Numbered from the stretch's first letter, positions 18,304-33,888 are shown. The stretch is 64,000 bases of DNA from Pirellulales bacterium (GCA_044238145.1 JBIIDT010000002.1:15719-79718); one strand, 5' to 3'. Numbers and translations: made by a program. Notes: generated by a model not told the origin, from the sequence alone.

Positions 18304-21300
18304 ATGGCAACCCGCGCCGTCCGCCGCCTCCAGCCCTCCGAGGTCCGTCACTTTGGCAGCCGTCGCGCCACCCATCACATCCCCGACCTGACCGAGATCC
18401 AGACGCGGTTCTACGACCGGTTCCTGCAGTACGAGGTGCCCGCCGCCAAGCGCAAGGATCAGGGCATCGAGGGGGTGCTGCGGGAGATCTTTCCGGTCGA
18501 GAGCTACGACAAGACCGTGAAGCTCGAGTACCTCCGGTACGAACTCGGCAAGCCTCGATACGAGCCCGACGAGTGCCGGCAGCTGCGGCTGACCTACGGC
18601 CGGCCGTTGCGGGTCTGGCTGCGGCTGACCCGTGAGCAGCCGATCGAGGAAGAGGTCTACCTCGGCGACATCCCGATCATGCTGGGTGGCGGCGAGTTCA
18701 TCATCAACGGTGCGGAGCGGGTGGTCGTCAGTCAGCTGCACCGCTCGCCCGGCATCGACTTCGTCGCCGACACCGAGGCCGGCGACCGGAAGACGCACAA
18801 CTGCCGCATCATTCCCGAGCGCGGCAGCTGGATCGAGCTCAACGTCTCGAAGAAGGACACGCTCCAGGTCCGCATCGACCAGAGCGGCAAGTTCTCGGCC
18901 CTCACGCTCCTGCGGGCCATGGATCCGAAGTTCACCCGCGACGCCGAGATCCTCAAACTCTTCTACAAGACGACCATCGAGAAGGTGGCTGGCGCGCGGA
19001 GCGTGCCGAAGCTCGAGGGGCGGATCGCGGTCGACGACATCGTGTATCCCAAGGGCAGCGAGCGGGCGGGCGAGATCATCGTCGACGCCGGCTGCAAGAT
19101 CACCCACGACCAGGCGGAGTTGATCTCGACCTCGGGGCTGAAGGCCGTCGAGGTGATGCAGGAGCAGAAGGTGCCCCTGATCGTCAACAGCCTCCGCGAG
19201 GACGCCGACGAGTCGAAGCGGCGGACTGGCGTGGCCCCGAGCCACGAGGACGCCCTGGTGCGGATCTACCAGCGGCTCCGGCCGGGCAATCCGCCGGCCC
19301 TCGACAAGGCCAAGGCCCTGTTCGACGAGAAGTTCAAGGACACCAACCGCTACCGCCTCGGCCGTGTGGGCCGGTTCCGCATCAACCGCAAGCTCGGGCT
19401 CAACGTCCCCGAGACGGAGATGACGCTCCGGCCCGACGACCTGATCGCCGCCATCAAGTACATGCTCCAGCTCAGCGAGGGCGAGGGGCAGGTGGAGGTC
19501 GACGACATCGACCACCTCGGCAACCGCCGGCTGCGGACGATCGACGAGCTGGCGAGCGACGAGCTGCGGAAGGGCTTCCTCAAGCTGCGGCGGACGGTGC
19601 AGGAGCGGATGAGCCTCAAGGACGTGGCCGAGATGTCGCCGCGGACGCTCATCAACCCCAAGAGCATCTCGGCGGCCATCGAGTACTTCTTCGGCCGCGG
19701 CGAGCTGTCGCAGGTGGTCGACCAGACCAACCCGCTCTCGATGCTGACGCACGAGCGGCGGCTCTCGGCCCTCGGCCCGGGCGGCCTGAACCGCAAGCGT
19801 GCGGGCTTCGAGGTCCGCGACGTGCACATCTCCCACTACGGCCGGATCTGCCCGATCGAGACGCCGGAAGGCACGAACATCGGCCTCATCTCCAGCATGG
19901 CGATCTATTCGGGCGTCGATTCCTACGGCTTCCTCGTCACGCCCTACCGCAAGGTTTCCAAGACCCGGCTGACCGACGACGTGGTCTGGCTCCGGGCCGA
20001 CGAGGAGCACGAGGCGCACCTTGCCCCGGCCGACGCCACCGTGGTCGACGGCAAGCTCGTGGGCGAGAACATCATCGCCCGCTACCGCGGCGACTTCGTG
20101 CTCGTGCCGGCGGACGACATCCAGTACATCGACGTGGCCCCGAGCCAGATGGTCGGCGTCTCGGCCGGCCTCATCCCGTTCCTCGAGCACGACGACGCCA
20201 ATCGGGCGCTGATGGGTTCCAACATGCAGCGGCAGGCGGTGCCCCTGCTCGTCACCGAGCCGCCGATCGTGGGCACCGGGATGGAACGGGACGTGGCGAC
20301 CAACTCGGGCCTCATCGTGCGGGCCGCCCGCAAGGGTACCGTGAGCTACGTCGACGCCGAGACCATCGAAGTCTCCAGCGGCTCGGCCGCCCCCGACGTC
20401 TACAAGCTCCGGAAGTACGTCGGCCTCAACGAGCGGACCTGCCAGAACCAGAAGCCGATCGTCGTGCTCGGCCAGAAGGTGGAGAAGGGCGAGGTGCTGG
20501 CCGACGGAGCCGCCACCTACAAGGGCGAACTCGCCTTGGGCCGCAACGTGCTCGTCGGCTTCATGGCCTGGGACGGGTTCAACTTCGAGGACGCGATCAT
20601 CATCAGCGAGGAGCTGGTGGAGGACGACGTCTACACCTCGATCCACATCGAGGAGTACGACATCGAGATCCGCGACACGAAGCTCGGCCGCGAGGAGTTC
20701 ACCCGCGACATTCCCAACGTGGGCGAGCGGGCCCTCCACAACCTCGACGAGAGCGGCATCGTCAGGATCGGCACCTACGTGCGGCCGGGCGACATCCTCG
20801 TGGGCAAGGTCTCGCCCAAGAGCAAGACCGAGCTGACTCCCGAGGAGAAGCTGCTGCACGCGATCTTCGGCCGGGCGGGCGAGGACGTGAAGAACGACTC
20901 GCTCGAGGTGCCGTCGGGCGTCGAGGGCATCGTGACCGCGACCGAGAAGTTTTCGCGGCGGATGAGCCTCACCGAGGACGAGCGCCGTGAGTTCGAGAAG
21001 CAGCTCAAGGAGGCCGAGAACGAGGGCAACCTGCGGGTCGCCGAGGCCTTCGGCGCGCTGGTCGCCGAGGTGGAGAAGGTGCTGCAGAAGCCGCTGACGG
21101 CGGCCGACGGCAGCCCGCTCGTGCGGAACCAGGACCACAAGGTGGTGGCCGAGCGGGCGGCCGCGTTCCAGCCCGAGTCGCTCGACATCCGCTCTCCGCA
21201 GCGGAAGGCCGAGGTCGACAAGCTCGTGAAGGCGATGTGGCCGGCCGTGGAGGACGCGATCGACGCCCGCGAGCGGCGGCTCAACAGCATGAAGCGAGGC

Positions 21301-22056
21301 GACGAGCTGCGGCCCGGCGTGCTGCAGATGGTCAAGGTCTACGTCGCCGCCAAGCGTGTCATCTCCGTGGGCGACAAGATGGCGGGTCGGCACGGCAACA
21401 AGGGCGTGATCGCCAAGATCCTGCCCAAGGAGGAGATGCCGTTCCTGGCTGACGGGACGCCGCTGCAGATCCTGCTCAACCCGCTGGGCGTGCCGAGCCG
21501 GATGAACGTGGGCCAGATCCTCGAGACGCACCTCGGCTGGGCCGGCAAGTTGCTCGGGTTCCAGGCGATCACGCCGGTGTTCGACGGGGCCAGCGAGGAG
21601 GACATCAACAAGGTGCTCGCCGACGCCGGCCTGCCGAAGCACGGCAAGGCCCAGTTGTTCGACGGTCGCACCGGCGAGCGTCTCGAGCAGGAGACCACGG
21701 TCGGCTACATCTACATGCTGAAGCTGCACCACCTGGTGGACGACAAGGTCCACGCCCGCTCGACGGGTCCCTACTCGCTCATCACGCAGCAGCCGCTGGG
21801 CGGCAAGGCCCGGTTCGGCGGCCAGCGGTTCGGCGAAATGGAGGTCTGGGCGCTGGAGGCCTACGGTGCCGCCTACATCCTCCAGGAGCTCCTCACCGTG
21901 AAGAGCGACGACGTCGAGGGGCGGACGAAGATCTACGAGAGCATGGTGAAGGGGGAGAACACGCTCGAGGCCGGCACGCCCGCCAGCTTCGACGTGCTCA
22001 CCAACGAGATCCGTGGCCTCGCGCTGAACATGTCACTGGAGAAGAGACGGATTTGA
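18304..22056 (+). CDS. rpoB: RNA polymerase beta subunit
   Basis: [56 protein letters not shown]. Confidence 0.99.
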   Translation: MATRAVRRLQPSEVRHFGSRRATHHIPDLTEIQTRFYDRFLQYEVPAAKRKDQGIEGVLREIFPVESYDKTVKLEYLRYELGKPRYEPDECRQLRLTYGRPLRVWLRLTREQPIEEEVYLGDIPIMLGGGEFIINGAERVVVSQLHRSPGIDFVADTEAGDRKTHNCRIIPERGSWIELNVSKKDTLQVRIDQSGKFSALTLLRAMDPKFTRDAEILKLFYKTTIEKVAGARSVPKLEGRIAVDDIVYPKGSERAGEIIVDAGCKITHDQAELISTSGLKAVEVMQEQKVPLIVNSLREDADESKRRTGVAPSHEDALVRIYQRLRPGNPPALDKAKALFDEKFKDTNRYRLGRVGRFRINRKLGLNVPETEMTLRPDDLIAAIKYMLQLSEGEGQVEVDDIDHLGNRRLRTIDELASDELRKGFLKLRRTVQERMSLKDVAEMSPRTLINPKSISAAIEYFFGRGELSQVVDQTNPLSMLTHERRLSALGPGGLNRKRAGFEVRDVHISHYGRICPIETPEGTNIGLISSMAIYSGVDSYGFLVTPYRKVSKTRLTDDVVWLRADEEHEAHLAPADATVVDGKLVGENIIARYRGDFVLVPADDIQYIDVAPSQMVGVSAGLIPFLEHDDANRALMGSNMQRQAVPLLVTEPPIVGTGMERDVATNSGLIVRAARKGTVSYVDAETIEVSSGSAAPDVYKLRKYVGLNERTCQNQKPIVVLGQKVEKGEVLADGAATYKGELALGRNVLVGFMAWDGFNFEDAIIISEELVEDDVYTSIHIEEYDIEIRDTKLGREEFTRDIPNVGERALHNLDESGIVRIGTYVRPGDILVGKVSPKSKTELTPEEKLLHAIFGRAGEDVKNDSLEVPSGVEGIVTATEKFSRRMSLTEDERREFEKQLKEAENEGNLRVAEAFGALVAEVEKVLQKPLTAADGSPLVRNQDHKVVAERAAAFQPESLDIRSPQRKAEVDKLVKAMWPAVEDAIDARERRLNSMKRGDELRPGVLQMVKVYVAAKRVISVGDKMAGRHGNKGVIAKILPKEEMPFLADGTPLQILLNPLGVPSRMNVGQILETHLGWAGKLLGFQAITPVFDGASEEDINKVLADAGLPKHGKAQLFDGRTGERLEQETTVGYIYMLKLHHLVDDKVHARSTGPYSLITQQPLGGKARFGGQRFGEMEVWALEAYGAAYILQELLTVKSDDVEGRTKIYESMVKGENTLEAGTPASFDVLTNEIRGLALNMSLEKRRI

Positions 22057-22249
22057 AGGCCCGCCCGGCTTGGCGAGCACCGCTCGGTGCGGCACCGGCC
22101 GGAACGGCAGAAGTCTCCTCGCGACGGCCGCGGCGGCCGGAAGCTCGTCGAGCTTCCGCCGATTCCGGCCTTCCCGGGGATGCGATGGCAGTTGCGAGTC
22201 GGAACGTCGGCACCAGCTTGGATCAATTTCTGAAAACGGGAGATGACAC

Positions 22250-26593
<4,344 letters not shown>

Positions 26594-26756
26594 TCGGCAC
26601 CGCGGCCCGCTGGCCGGTTGGGCCGGGAACGCGGGTCGTGCGGCCCTCACTGGCCGCACGGCCGGCGCCGCCGCATGGTCGGGAGCCCGGGCTTTTTTGC
26701 CCCGGCCCGCGGGCCGAAGTAACGTTCGGGGAGTCGTCGCTTCCCGGAGGCCCGTC

Positions 26757-27647
26757 ATGCACCGACCGTCCTGCAGTCTCGCGATCGCCGCATGTTTGGC
26801 CCTCGGGGCCCGGGAGTCGCTGTCGCAGCGGTACAACCCGTATGCCGACGGGCACGAGGTCGTGGCGCCCGTGGCGGCGGACGGCACCCTCCAGTGGGGC
26901 ACGTATTTCAAGTCGGCCCAGCTGCAGCGGGCCTATGAGCGGCTCTGGAACCTCGGCGCCTGCCGGGGCACGAACCGGGCCATCACCGAGCCGGTCACCG
27001 CCAACAAGTTGGTGATCGATCGCTTGCCCGAAGGCGACTTCGACGGCGTCGTGCAGGCCGCCGGCGGCACGCTGGCCGGCGGCGTCGTGGCGTTCGCCGG
27101 GCCCGGGGCCGGCGACCCGAACGCGCCGCTCTTCGCACAGCTTCACCCCGCCGGCGTCTCGCACCTCACGGTGACGGGGATCGTGAGGCTCGCCGACCTG
27201 CGACCGGGGATGAGCGTGCGACTGAAGGCGCGGATCGACGCCCGAGGCCGGGCCGACGCGCCGGTCGGCCGACTCACCATCGTGACGCCCGCGGCCGATG
27301 CCAAGCCGCAGGCCGTGCGGCCCGACCGCGACGAGGACGTCGTCGGCACGGTGGTCAGCTGTCGCGCCGGGACGCTCGTCATGCGGGTCGACGCCGGGAA
27401 GGTGCGGAGGCTGACGATCCCGCTGGCCGACGACGTCGTGGTGACCGTGGACGGCGCCTGCCTGGAACTGGTCGCTGCCGGCGACACGGTGGCCGTGAAG
27501 GGCCGGCTGTGGAGTGGTGAGGGGGCGGCGGGCGCGGGCACGATCTTCGCGTCGCACGTGACCGTGACGAAGCGGGCGCCACCGCAGCCGGAATCGCGGG
27601 AGGTGGCCGCGGGCGCTGGTGCGGCGGGGGGCCGGCCCGTAGAGTGA
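26757..27647 (+). CDS. Exported hypothetical protein with repeated beta-barrel (DUF5666-like) modules
   Basis: Signal-like N-terminus; repeated LRPGMSVRLKA / VAAGDTVAVKG strands. Family call is tentative. Confidence 0.5.
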   Translation: MHRPSCSLAIAACLALGARESLSQRYNPYADGHEVVAPVAADGTLQWGTYFKSAQLQRAYERLWNLGACRGTNRAITEPVTANKLVIDRLPEGDFDGVVQAAGGTLAGGVVAFAGPGAGDPNAPLFAQLHPAGVSHLTVTGIVRLADLRPGMSVRLKARIDARGRADAPVGRLTIVTPAADAKPQAVRPDRDEDVVGTVVSCRAGTLVMRVDAGKVRRLTIPLADDVVVTVDGACLELVAAGDTVAVKGRLWSGEGAAGAGTIFASHVTVTKRAPPQPESREVAAGAGAAGGRPVE

Positions 27648-27683
27648 CCGGGTCCCGGAACCCCCGCGTCCCTCGATCGCCCC

Positions 27684-28595
27684 ATGGCACTGCAGAGCAG
27701 TTGGCTCGTCGTCGAGCACGGTCGCACGCCCACCTCGCGAGTGGCCCGCCGCACGCTGCGGAAGCGGCTTGACGCCGTCTGGAACGCGGTCACCGCGGCC
27801 GCGTGCGACCCTCCCGACCCCGAGCGTGTGCACCGGCTGCGGGTGGCCACGCGGCGGACTCTCGCCGCGATCGACGCCTTCGCGGACCTGCTGCCGGCCG
27901 GCCGACGCCGGTGGTTCGAGAAGCGGCTGCGACTGCTGCGGCGGACGGCGGGCGCCGCCCGCGACCTCGACGTGCTCACCGACCGGCTGGGCCGCGAGCC
28001 GGCGGGCCGGGGACCGCGAAGCCGGCTCGTCGCCATGCTGGCGCGGCAACGGCTGGCATCCCGCGCCCCGATCCGGCGCCTGCACGACGAGCTCCTGGCG
28101 GCCGACTGGCATGCCCGCACGGAACGTCTGATCGACGCCGTGGGCACCCGCGGACACGACCGACCGTTCGCCGTCCACGCGCGGCGGCATTTCCGGCCGC
28201 TCGTGGAGCGATTCTGTGCCATGACGGACCGCCGCCTGCGGGCGGCCGACGACATCCACCGCCTGCGGATCGAGGGCAAGAAGCTCCGCTACGCGATGGA
28301 GATCTTCGCGTGCGTGTTTCCGGCCCACGACCGGGCACGGTGCGAGGATGCCCTGGAGCGGCTGCAGCGGACGCTCGGCGAGTTCACCGACCACGCGGCC
28401 GCCGAGGAGCGGCTGCGGCGCTGGGCGCGGGCCGACGGCGCCGCGGTGGCCCGGGGGGCAATCGCCGACCTGCGGGAGCGCGAGGCGGAGGCGGCGGAGC
28501 GGGCCCGCCGGGAGTTCGCGAAGTGGTGGAGCCCGGCGCGACGCCGCTGGCTACGGCGAAAACTCGAGCGGACGCTCCGCCGGCGGACGGCATGA
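27684..28595 (+). CDS. CHAD domain protein
   Basis: VHRLRVATRR, ARDLDV, IHRLRIEGKKLRY, LQRTLGEFTDH. Confidence 0.9.
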   Translation: MALQSSWLVVEHGRTPTSRVARRTLRKRLDAVWNAVTAAACDPPDPERVHRLRVATRRTLAAIDAFADLLPAGRRRWFEKRLRLLRRTAGAARDLDVLTDRLGREPAGRGPRSRLVAMLARQRLASRAPIRRLHDELLAADWHARTERLIDAVGTRGHDRPFAVHARRHFRPLVERFCAMTDRRLRAADDIHRLRIEGKKLRYAMEIFACVFPAHDRARCEDALERLQRTLGEFTDHAAAEERLRRWARADGAAVARGAIADLREREAEAAERARREFAKWWSPARRRWLRRKLERTLRRRTA

Positions 28596-29731
28596 GCGGT
28601 CGCGGGCGGGCTGCGATCGGCTGGTGTGCCGTCGTGGCGGGGCTCGCCGCCATGGCGTGGGTGGCGCGGCAGGCGGGCCGGCCTCGCGAGGGCGGGCCCG
28701 CGGCGCCGGTGACCGCGGCCCGTGACTTCGGGCCCACGACCGGCGCGGCGCCGCGGCCGGCAAGTGATCCGCCCACCGGCATGGCCTGGATTCCCGGCGG
28801 CGAGTTCTCGATGGGCTGCGCCGACCCGCGCGACATCCCGTATGGCGGCAGCGATCCGATGAACGACGCCCGGCCGATCCACCGGGTGCGCCTCGCCGCC
28901 TTCTGGATGGACGCGACGGAGGTGACCAACGACCAGTTCGCCGCCTTCGTGAAGGCCACCGGCCACGTCACCGTCGCCGAACGGCCGCCCCGGGCCGAGG
29001 ATTTCCCCGGCGCGCCGCCGGAGAACCTGGTAGCCGGCTCGATCGTCTTCACACCGCCGCGGGAGCCGGTGCCGCTGCGGGACGCGACGGGCGCGGCCCA
29101 CCTGCGCTGGTGGGCCTATGTGCCCGGCGCCTGCTGGCGGCACCCGCTCGGCCCGGACAGCGACATCGAGGGACGCGGCTCGGATCCGGTGGTGCACGTC
29201 GCCTACGAGGATGCCGAGGCCTATGCCCGCTGGGCGGGCAAGCGGCTGCCGACGGAGGCGGAGTGGGAGTGCGCGGCCCGCGGCGGACTTGCCGGGGCGC
29301 CGTACCCGTGGGGCGACGAGTTCCTGCCGGATGGCACGTGGATGGCGAACACCTGGCAGGGCCGCTTTCCCGGCGAGAACACGGCCGCGGACGGCTTTGC
29401 CGGCGTCGCGCCGGTGGGCCGGTTTCCGGCCAACGCCTACGGCCTGCACGACATGTCGGGCAACGTCTGGGAATGGTGTGCCGACTGGTATCGGCCCGAC
29501 ACGTACGAGCACGACGCGGGCCCCGACGGCCGCGTCGTGGCGACCGATCCCCGCGGGCCCGCGGAGAGTTTCGATCCGCAGGAGCCGGGCCAGGCGAAGC
29601 GGGTGCAGCGCGGCGGCTCCTTCCTCTGCTCGGATCAGTACTGCTCGCGGTACATCGTGGGCACGCGGGGCAAGGGGGAGATCTCGAGCTCGACCAACCA
29701 CATCGGGTTCCGGTGCGCGAAGTCGCCGTAG
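28592..29731 (+). CDS. Formylglycine-generating enzyme (SUMF1/FGE-sulfatase) family protein
   Basis: FSMG, EVTNDQF, RLPTEAEWE, GNVWEW, RGGSFLCSDQYC, GFRC. Confidence 0.92.
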   Translation: MSGRGRAAIGWCAVVAGLAAMAWVARQAGRPREGGPAAPVTAARDFGPTTGAAPRPASDPPTGMAWIPGGEFSMGCADPRDIPYGGSDPMNDARPIHRVRLAAFWMDATEVTNDQFAAFVKATGHVTVAERPPRAEDFPGAPPENLVAGSIVFTPPREPVPLRDATGAAHLRWWAYVPGACWRHPLGPDSDIEGRGSDPVVHVAYEDAEAYARWAGKRLPTEAEWECAARGGLAGAPYPWGDEFLPDGTWMANTWQGRFPGENTAADGFAGVAPVGRFPANAYGLHDMSGNVWEWCADWYRPDTYEHDAGPDGRVVATDPRGPAESFDPQEPGQAKRVQRGGSFLCSDQYCSRYIVGTRGKGEISSSTNHIGFRCAKSP

Positions 29732-29761
29732 GCGGCGCGTCGCCCGCTCCGTTCGCGCCGG

Positions 29762-29900
29762 CTCGCGGCTGCCCACGCCCCGTCGCCGGACGTTCGCTGC
29801 GCCCATCCTGGGCTCCGCTCACTCGGAGACGTCTGCGCTCCGGCATCCATGCCTGCGCTTGCCGTCTACGCCGGCTCCTGGGGCGATGGGCAACCCCGAG
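29762..29900 (-). repeat. Structured dispersed repeat family 1, copy B
   Basis: Minus strand carries ggcATGGATgcc and gcccAGGATgggc hairpins plus GCAAGCGCAG and GCGAACGTCCG blocks. Confidence 0.9.
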
Positions 29901-29927
29901 CCTCGTCAAACCGGACAGGGCAGGCGA

Positions 29928-30058
29928 TGGGCTGCCGGTGCCGTCGAGCGGGCTGTGGAAGCAAGCGGAGCCATGGATGGCGAAGCGCAGCGGACACGCA
30001 GTGAGCGGAGGCCTGGAGGGCCGAAGCGAACGTCCGGCGAGAGGGCATTGGCTGCCCA
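29928..30058 (+). repeat. Structured dispersed repeat family 1, copy C
   Basis: gccATGGATggc and ggccTGGAGggcc hairpins; head-to-head with copy B. Confidence 0.9.
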
Positions 30059-30080
30059 GAGCCGGAGCAGCACCGAAACG

Positions 30081-31853
30081 CTAGCCCTTGCCCTGCAGCT
30101 TCCTGACCTGGGCCAGCGTGCGCGTGTTGACGATGTCCTTGGCCTCGAGGCCGGCGCGGCGGGCCTGGAGGATGCCGCACCGCATCACGTCGAGGCCGCG
30201 GGTCGAGTGGGCGTCGGTCGAGATCACGAGCTTCACGCCCGCCTTCTTCGCGGCGGCGGCATGCCGGTCGTCGAGGTCGAGCCGCCACGGGTTGGCGTTG
30301 ATCTCGAGAAAGGTGCCGGTCCGGGCGGCGGCCGCGATCACGGCCTCGATGTCGACGTCGTAGGCCGGCCGCTTGTTGATCAGCCGGCCCGTGGGATGGC
30401 CGATGACGGAGACGTGCGGGTTCTCGATCGCCTCCACGATCCGCGCGGTGATCCGCTCCCGGGACTGGTTCTGGCCGTAGTGCAGGCTCGCGACCACCCA
30501 GTCGGCCCGCGCCAGCACCTCGTCGGGCAGGTCGAGGCCCCCCTTCTCGAGCATGTCGACCTCGATCCCCTTGAGAACCACGATTGGCGGCCGGCCGTCC
30601 TCCGCCAGCGATTCGTTGAGCGCGTCGATCTCGTCCCACTGCTCGAGGAGCCGCTTGCGGTCGAGGCCCCGGGCCATCGTCACCCGCTGGCCGTGGTCGG
30701 TGATCGCGATGTAGGCCAGACCGCGGTCGACCGCCGCCCGCACCATGTCGCCGAGCGTGGCCTCGCCGTCGGTGGCCGTGGTGTGCATGTGCAGGTCGCC
30801 GCGGATGTCGGCGAGCGTGACGAGGTCCGGCAGGTCGCCCCGCTCGGCCCGGGCGATCTCGTCGCCCCCCTCGCGGATCTCCGGCGGGATCCAGGGAAGG
30901 CCCACGGCCGCGTAGACCTCCTCCTCGGTGCGTCCGGCGACGGCCGCGGCCGTCGCCGGACGGGCCTCGTCGGCCCCGCCCTTCGCCAGGCGGAACACGC
31001 CGTACTCGTTGATCGACAGGCCCTGCTCGCGGGCCCGCGAGCGGAGCCGGACGTTGTGCTCCTTGGAACCGGTGAAGTACTGCCAGGCCGCCCCGAACGA
31101 GCCCCGGTCCACGACCCGCAGGTCGATCTGCACGCCGCGGGGACCGCGGATGCTGGTCTTGGTGTCGCCGCGGAGCAGGACGCCGCCGCAGTCCTGCCAT
31201 GCCTCGAGGCGGTCCATCACGGCGGCTGCGTCGGCGCTGTCGACGACGACGTCGATGTCGCCCACCGTTTCCCGGCCACGGCGCCAGCTACCGGCCCCCT
31301 CGGCCCGGCGCACGGCCGGGCACTCCCGGATCCAGGCGAGCAGCCGCTCCACGATCTCGTCCGCTTCGGCCCACAGGAGCCGGTCGTGCTCCGGGCTCTT
31401 GGCGAAGGCGATGTTCTCGAGGATCGCGGACTCGGTCTTGGCACCGAAGCCCTTGACCTCGCGGACGCGGCCGTCCCGACAGGCCTGCTCGAGGGCGTCG
31501 AGCGAGTCGATGCCGAGTTCGTCGACAAGCGCCTTGACCTTCTTCGGCCCCAGTCCCGGCACACGCATCAGCTCGAAGACGACCGCCGGGATCTTCCGCT
31601 GCAACTCGTCGAGGAGCGGCAGGCGGCCCGTGTCGAGCAAGGTCCCGATCTTGCCGGCCAGGTCGGCGCCGATGCCCTCGATGTCGGTCAGCGACCGGGA
31701 GCCGTCGCCGCGAACGTTCGCCAGCGACTCCACCATCGAGCCGATCGTGCGGGCCGCGTTGCGATAGGCCCGGACCCGGAAGACGTTGCCTCCCTGATAC
31801 TCGATCAGGTCGGCGACGTGGTCGAAGGCGGCGGCGATGTCGGCGTTGGTCAT
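30081..31853 (-). CDS. polX: DNA polymerase X with PHP domain
   Basis: FRVRAYR, GLGPK, GDID, IDLR, YFTGSKEHN; PHP motifs HMH, TDH, STDAH. Confidence 0.95.
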   Translation of the reverse strand: MTNADIAAAFDHVADLIEYQGGNVFRVRAYRNAARTIGSMVESLANVRGDGSRSLTDIEGIGADLAGKIGTLLDTGRLPLLDELQRKIPAVVFELMRVPGLGPKKVKALVDELGIDSLDALEQACRDGRVREVKGFGAKTESAILENIAFAKSPEHDRLLWAEADEIVERLLAWIRECPAVRRAEGAGSWRRGRETVGDIDVVVDSADAAAVMDRLEAWQDCGGVLLRGDTKTSIRGPRGVQIDLRVVDRGSFGAAWQYFTGSKEHNVRLRSRAREQGLSINEYGVFRLAKGGADEARPATAAAVAGRTEEEVYAAVGLPWIPPEIREGGDEIARAERGDLPDLVTLADIRGDLHMHTTATDGEATLGDMVRAAVDRGLAYIAITDHGQRVTMARGLDRKRLLEQWDEIDALNESLAEDGRPPIVVLKGIEVDMLEKGGLDLPDEVLARADWVVASLHYGQNQSRERITARIVEAIENPHVSVIGHPTGRLINKRPAYDVDIEAVIAAAARTGTFLEINANPWRLDLDDRHAAAAKKAGVKLVISTDAHSTRGLDVMRCGILQARRAGLEAKDIVNTRTLAQVRKLQGKG

Positions 31854-31890
31854 GGACGAGAATGTATCGTCCCGACCGCCGCCGCAGCGG

Positions 31891-33030
31891 TCACTGCTGG
31901 GCGCGGAGCGGCAGGGCCGCCGTCGGGTAGGCCGGGCGGAAGGTGGCGGGGCGGCCGCCGAGGTCGGCGGGCTGCCACGACGTGGTGTGGCTGGTCGGGT
32001 CGAGCAGTCGCGGGTAGAGGCCCGAGGTGCCCGAGGTGCCGGACGCGGCCGGCGGGGCGGCCGTGCCGCTGGCGGGACCGGCGGCCGGGGCCGGGGCGGC
32101 GGGCAGCGCCGGCGGCGGAACGGCGGGCGCTGCCGGGGCCGTCGCCGCGTTCGGTGCGGTGGCCTTCGGCTCGATCGGGATCGGCCGCAGCGGCGGCATG
32201 GCCGGGGCCGGCGCCGGCCGCTGGGCCGTGGTCGGGTCGAGGACCGGCGCCGCGGCCGGGGCGGCGGGATGAGCGGGAGCCGGCGCCGTGTAGGCCGGGA
32301 CAGGGTAGTAGCTCGGCGCGGTCTGCACGGGGGCGGCGGCCGGAGCCGGGTAGTAGGCCTGGCCGACGGCGGGCGGCAGGATCGGCCGCTGCTGCTGGAA
32401 CGTCGTTCCGCCGGGGGCCGCGTTGATCGTCGGGGGGTTGATGCTGCTCTGCCCGGGGCCGAGCTGGTTCGAGACGTCGGTGCCAGCGGCCCCCCAGGCC
32501 TGCGGCGTGGTCGTGATCGGGGCCTGGAACGGGCTGGCGCCGGCCGCGGGCGGAGCCACGACCGCGCCAGGAGCGGGATAGGCCACCGGGGCCGGCATGC
32601 CGGCGGCCGGTGCGCCGGGCTGCATCTGCACGTACTTCGTGCTCGTCACGGCGCGGTACTGCGTCACGGGGACGTTGACCGCCTGCTGCACGTACTGGGT
32701 GACGGGCTGCATGCACTCCTGCGGGCAGCCGGTGCAGGGGTCGATCTCGCACGACGGCTTGTAGGTCGTGACCGGGACGGTCTTGTACTCGGTGCGGTAG
32801 GTCGTCTCGGGGACGTAGCTCACCTGCTGCACCGGCACCATGACCGGCGGCGGGGGCGCGGGGATCGGCGCGACGATCGGGGCCACGGGGGCGACGGCGT
32901 AGACCGGCGGCTTGCGAAAGCAGGCGCCGCAGCCGGCGAAGAAGTCGCCGAAGCAGCACTGGGCGATCGCGGCCTCGGGCGCTACGGCGCAGGCCAGCAG
33001 CAGGGCGGCGAACGTGGATCGCATCTTCAT
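31891..33030 (-). CDS. Exported Pro/Ala/Cys-rich protein with YTV-like repeats
   Basis: Signal peptide; YRTEYKTVPVTTY/PVTQY repeats, DPCTGC, long low-complexity tail. Confidence 0.65.
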   Translation of the reverse strand: MKMRSTFAALLLACAVAPEAAIAQCCFGDFFAGCGACFRKPPVYAVAPVAPIVAPIPAPPPPVMVPVQQVSYVPETTYRTEYKTVPVTTYKPSCEIDPCTGCPQECMQPVTQYVQQAVNVPVTQYRAVTSTKYVQMQPGAPAAGMPAPVAYPAPGAVVAPPAAGASPFQAPITTTPQAWGAAGTDVSNQLGPGQSSINPPTINAAPGGTTFQQQRPILPPAVGQAYYPAPAAAPVQTAPSYYPVPAYTAPAPAHPAAPAAAPVLDPTTAQRPAPAPAMPPLRPIPIEPKATAPNAATAPAAPAVPPPALPAAPAPAAGPASGTAAPPAASGTSGTSGLYPRLLDPTSHTTSWQPADLGGRPATFRPAYPTAALPLRAQQ

Positions 33031-33249
33031 CGCACTCTCCTCGGTCCAGGGGCCACGGGAAGGAACTTCCCTTCGACCTCCAAGCGTAGGTTGCCCCGCA
33101 CGGTGCCTGCGCCGGAAAAACGCCCGCGCGATTCATGAATTTCCGGTCGCGCCCCGGCGCGACCGGCACGGCGAGTGCGACCGGCATATCCGGATCGTTC
33201 CCACCCGGGCGGCAGGGGACGGCCGTCGCCAGGGCCGCGGCGGCGTCGA

Positions 33250-33888
33250 TCAGTGGCCGCAGGCCGGGACGCCGGCGGTCGCGGTCCGCTCGTAGCGATC
33301 GTACAGGTCGAAGAGCGACGCCCGCAGGTCGCCCCCGTGCCGCGCGAAGGCGGCGGTGACATCCGCCGTGCCGATCCGGTCGCCGCGGTCCGGCAGCCGG
33401 GCGACGATCGCCGCGAGCAGGTCGCCGGATGTCTCGCACGCGTGGAGCACCGGCAGCCCCGCCGCCCCGTGGCTCGTGACGAGCAGCCGCCGACTCAGCA
33501 GGCGGGCCGCCCGCTGCAGCAGCCAGCGGCCGGGCCCCAGGCTTTCCCAGCCGTCGACGCAGATCCACGTCCCGGCCGGCGGCCCGCCGATGGCCGCCAG
33601 GGTCGCCGGCAGGTCGGCCCAGCCTCGGGCCCGCACGAGCCGCACCGCCTGCCCCGCGGCGGCGAGAGCCTCGGCGAGGGCCACGAGCAGCGTGGTCTTG
33701 CCGTGACCGTGAGGGCCGACGACGGCTGCCGAGCCGAGCGACTGCAGGCGGCCGACGAGGGTCGCGATGTCGAGCGGCCGGCCGTCGCGATCGAGCGGCG
33801 GCACGGCGCCCGGCCGCGTGAACCGTGTGGCGAACGGGTTGCCCGGCGGGCGGTCCGACCGGCGGCGAGCCGCGACGACGACGTTCAT
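33250..33888 (-). CDS. Small AAA+/DnaA-Hda-like ATPase
   Basis: NPF N-terminal motif, Walker A GPHGHGKTT, Walker B ICVDGWE, C-terminal GDLRASLFDLYD. Confidence 0.65.
   Translation of the reverse strand: MNVVVAARRRSDRPPGNPFATRFTRPGAVPPLDRDGRPLDIATLVGRLQSLGSAAVVGPHGHGKTTLLVALAEALAAAGQAVRLVRARGWADLPATLAAIGGPPAGTWICVDGWESLGPGRWLLQRAARLLSRRLLVTSHGAAGLPVLHACETSGDLLAAIVARLPDRGDRIGTADVTAAFARHGGDLRASLFDLYDRYERTATAGVPACGH

Noticed and set aside
18301-21753. 1150-aa antisense ORF over rpoB (similar ones over tuf, rpoC, polX, PSD1)
   Set aside because: Shadow ORFs expected from high GC3 codon bias; no recognisable motifs, and they lie fully opposite conserved genes.
22057-22249. ncRNA in the rpoB-rpoC spacer
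   Set aside because: GC-rich hairpins only (e.g. ggaagctcg/cgagcttcc); no second copy or recognisable motif.
26685-26706. Terminator after rpoC
   Set aside because: The T-run lies in the loop of ccgggc/gcccgg rather than after a clear stem; ambiguous.
29762-30058. Possible CRISPR array or IS element
   Set aside because: Elements are ~135 nt, inverted and dispersed, with no repeat-spacer periodicity, no cas or transposase gene in the window, and no clear target-site duplication.
30081-31853. Catalytically dead PolX variant
   Set aside because: GDID and IDLR aspartates and the PHP metal ligands are present; appears canonical.
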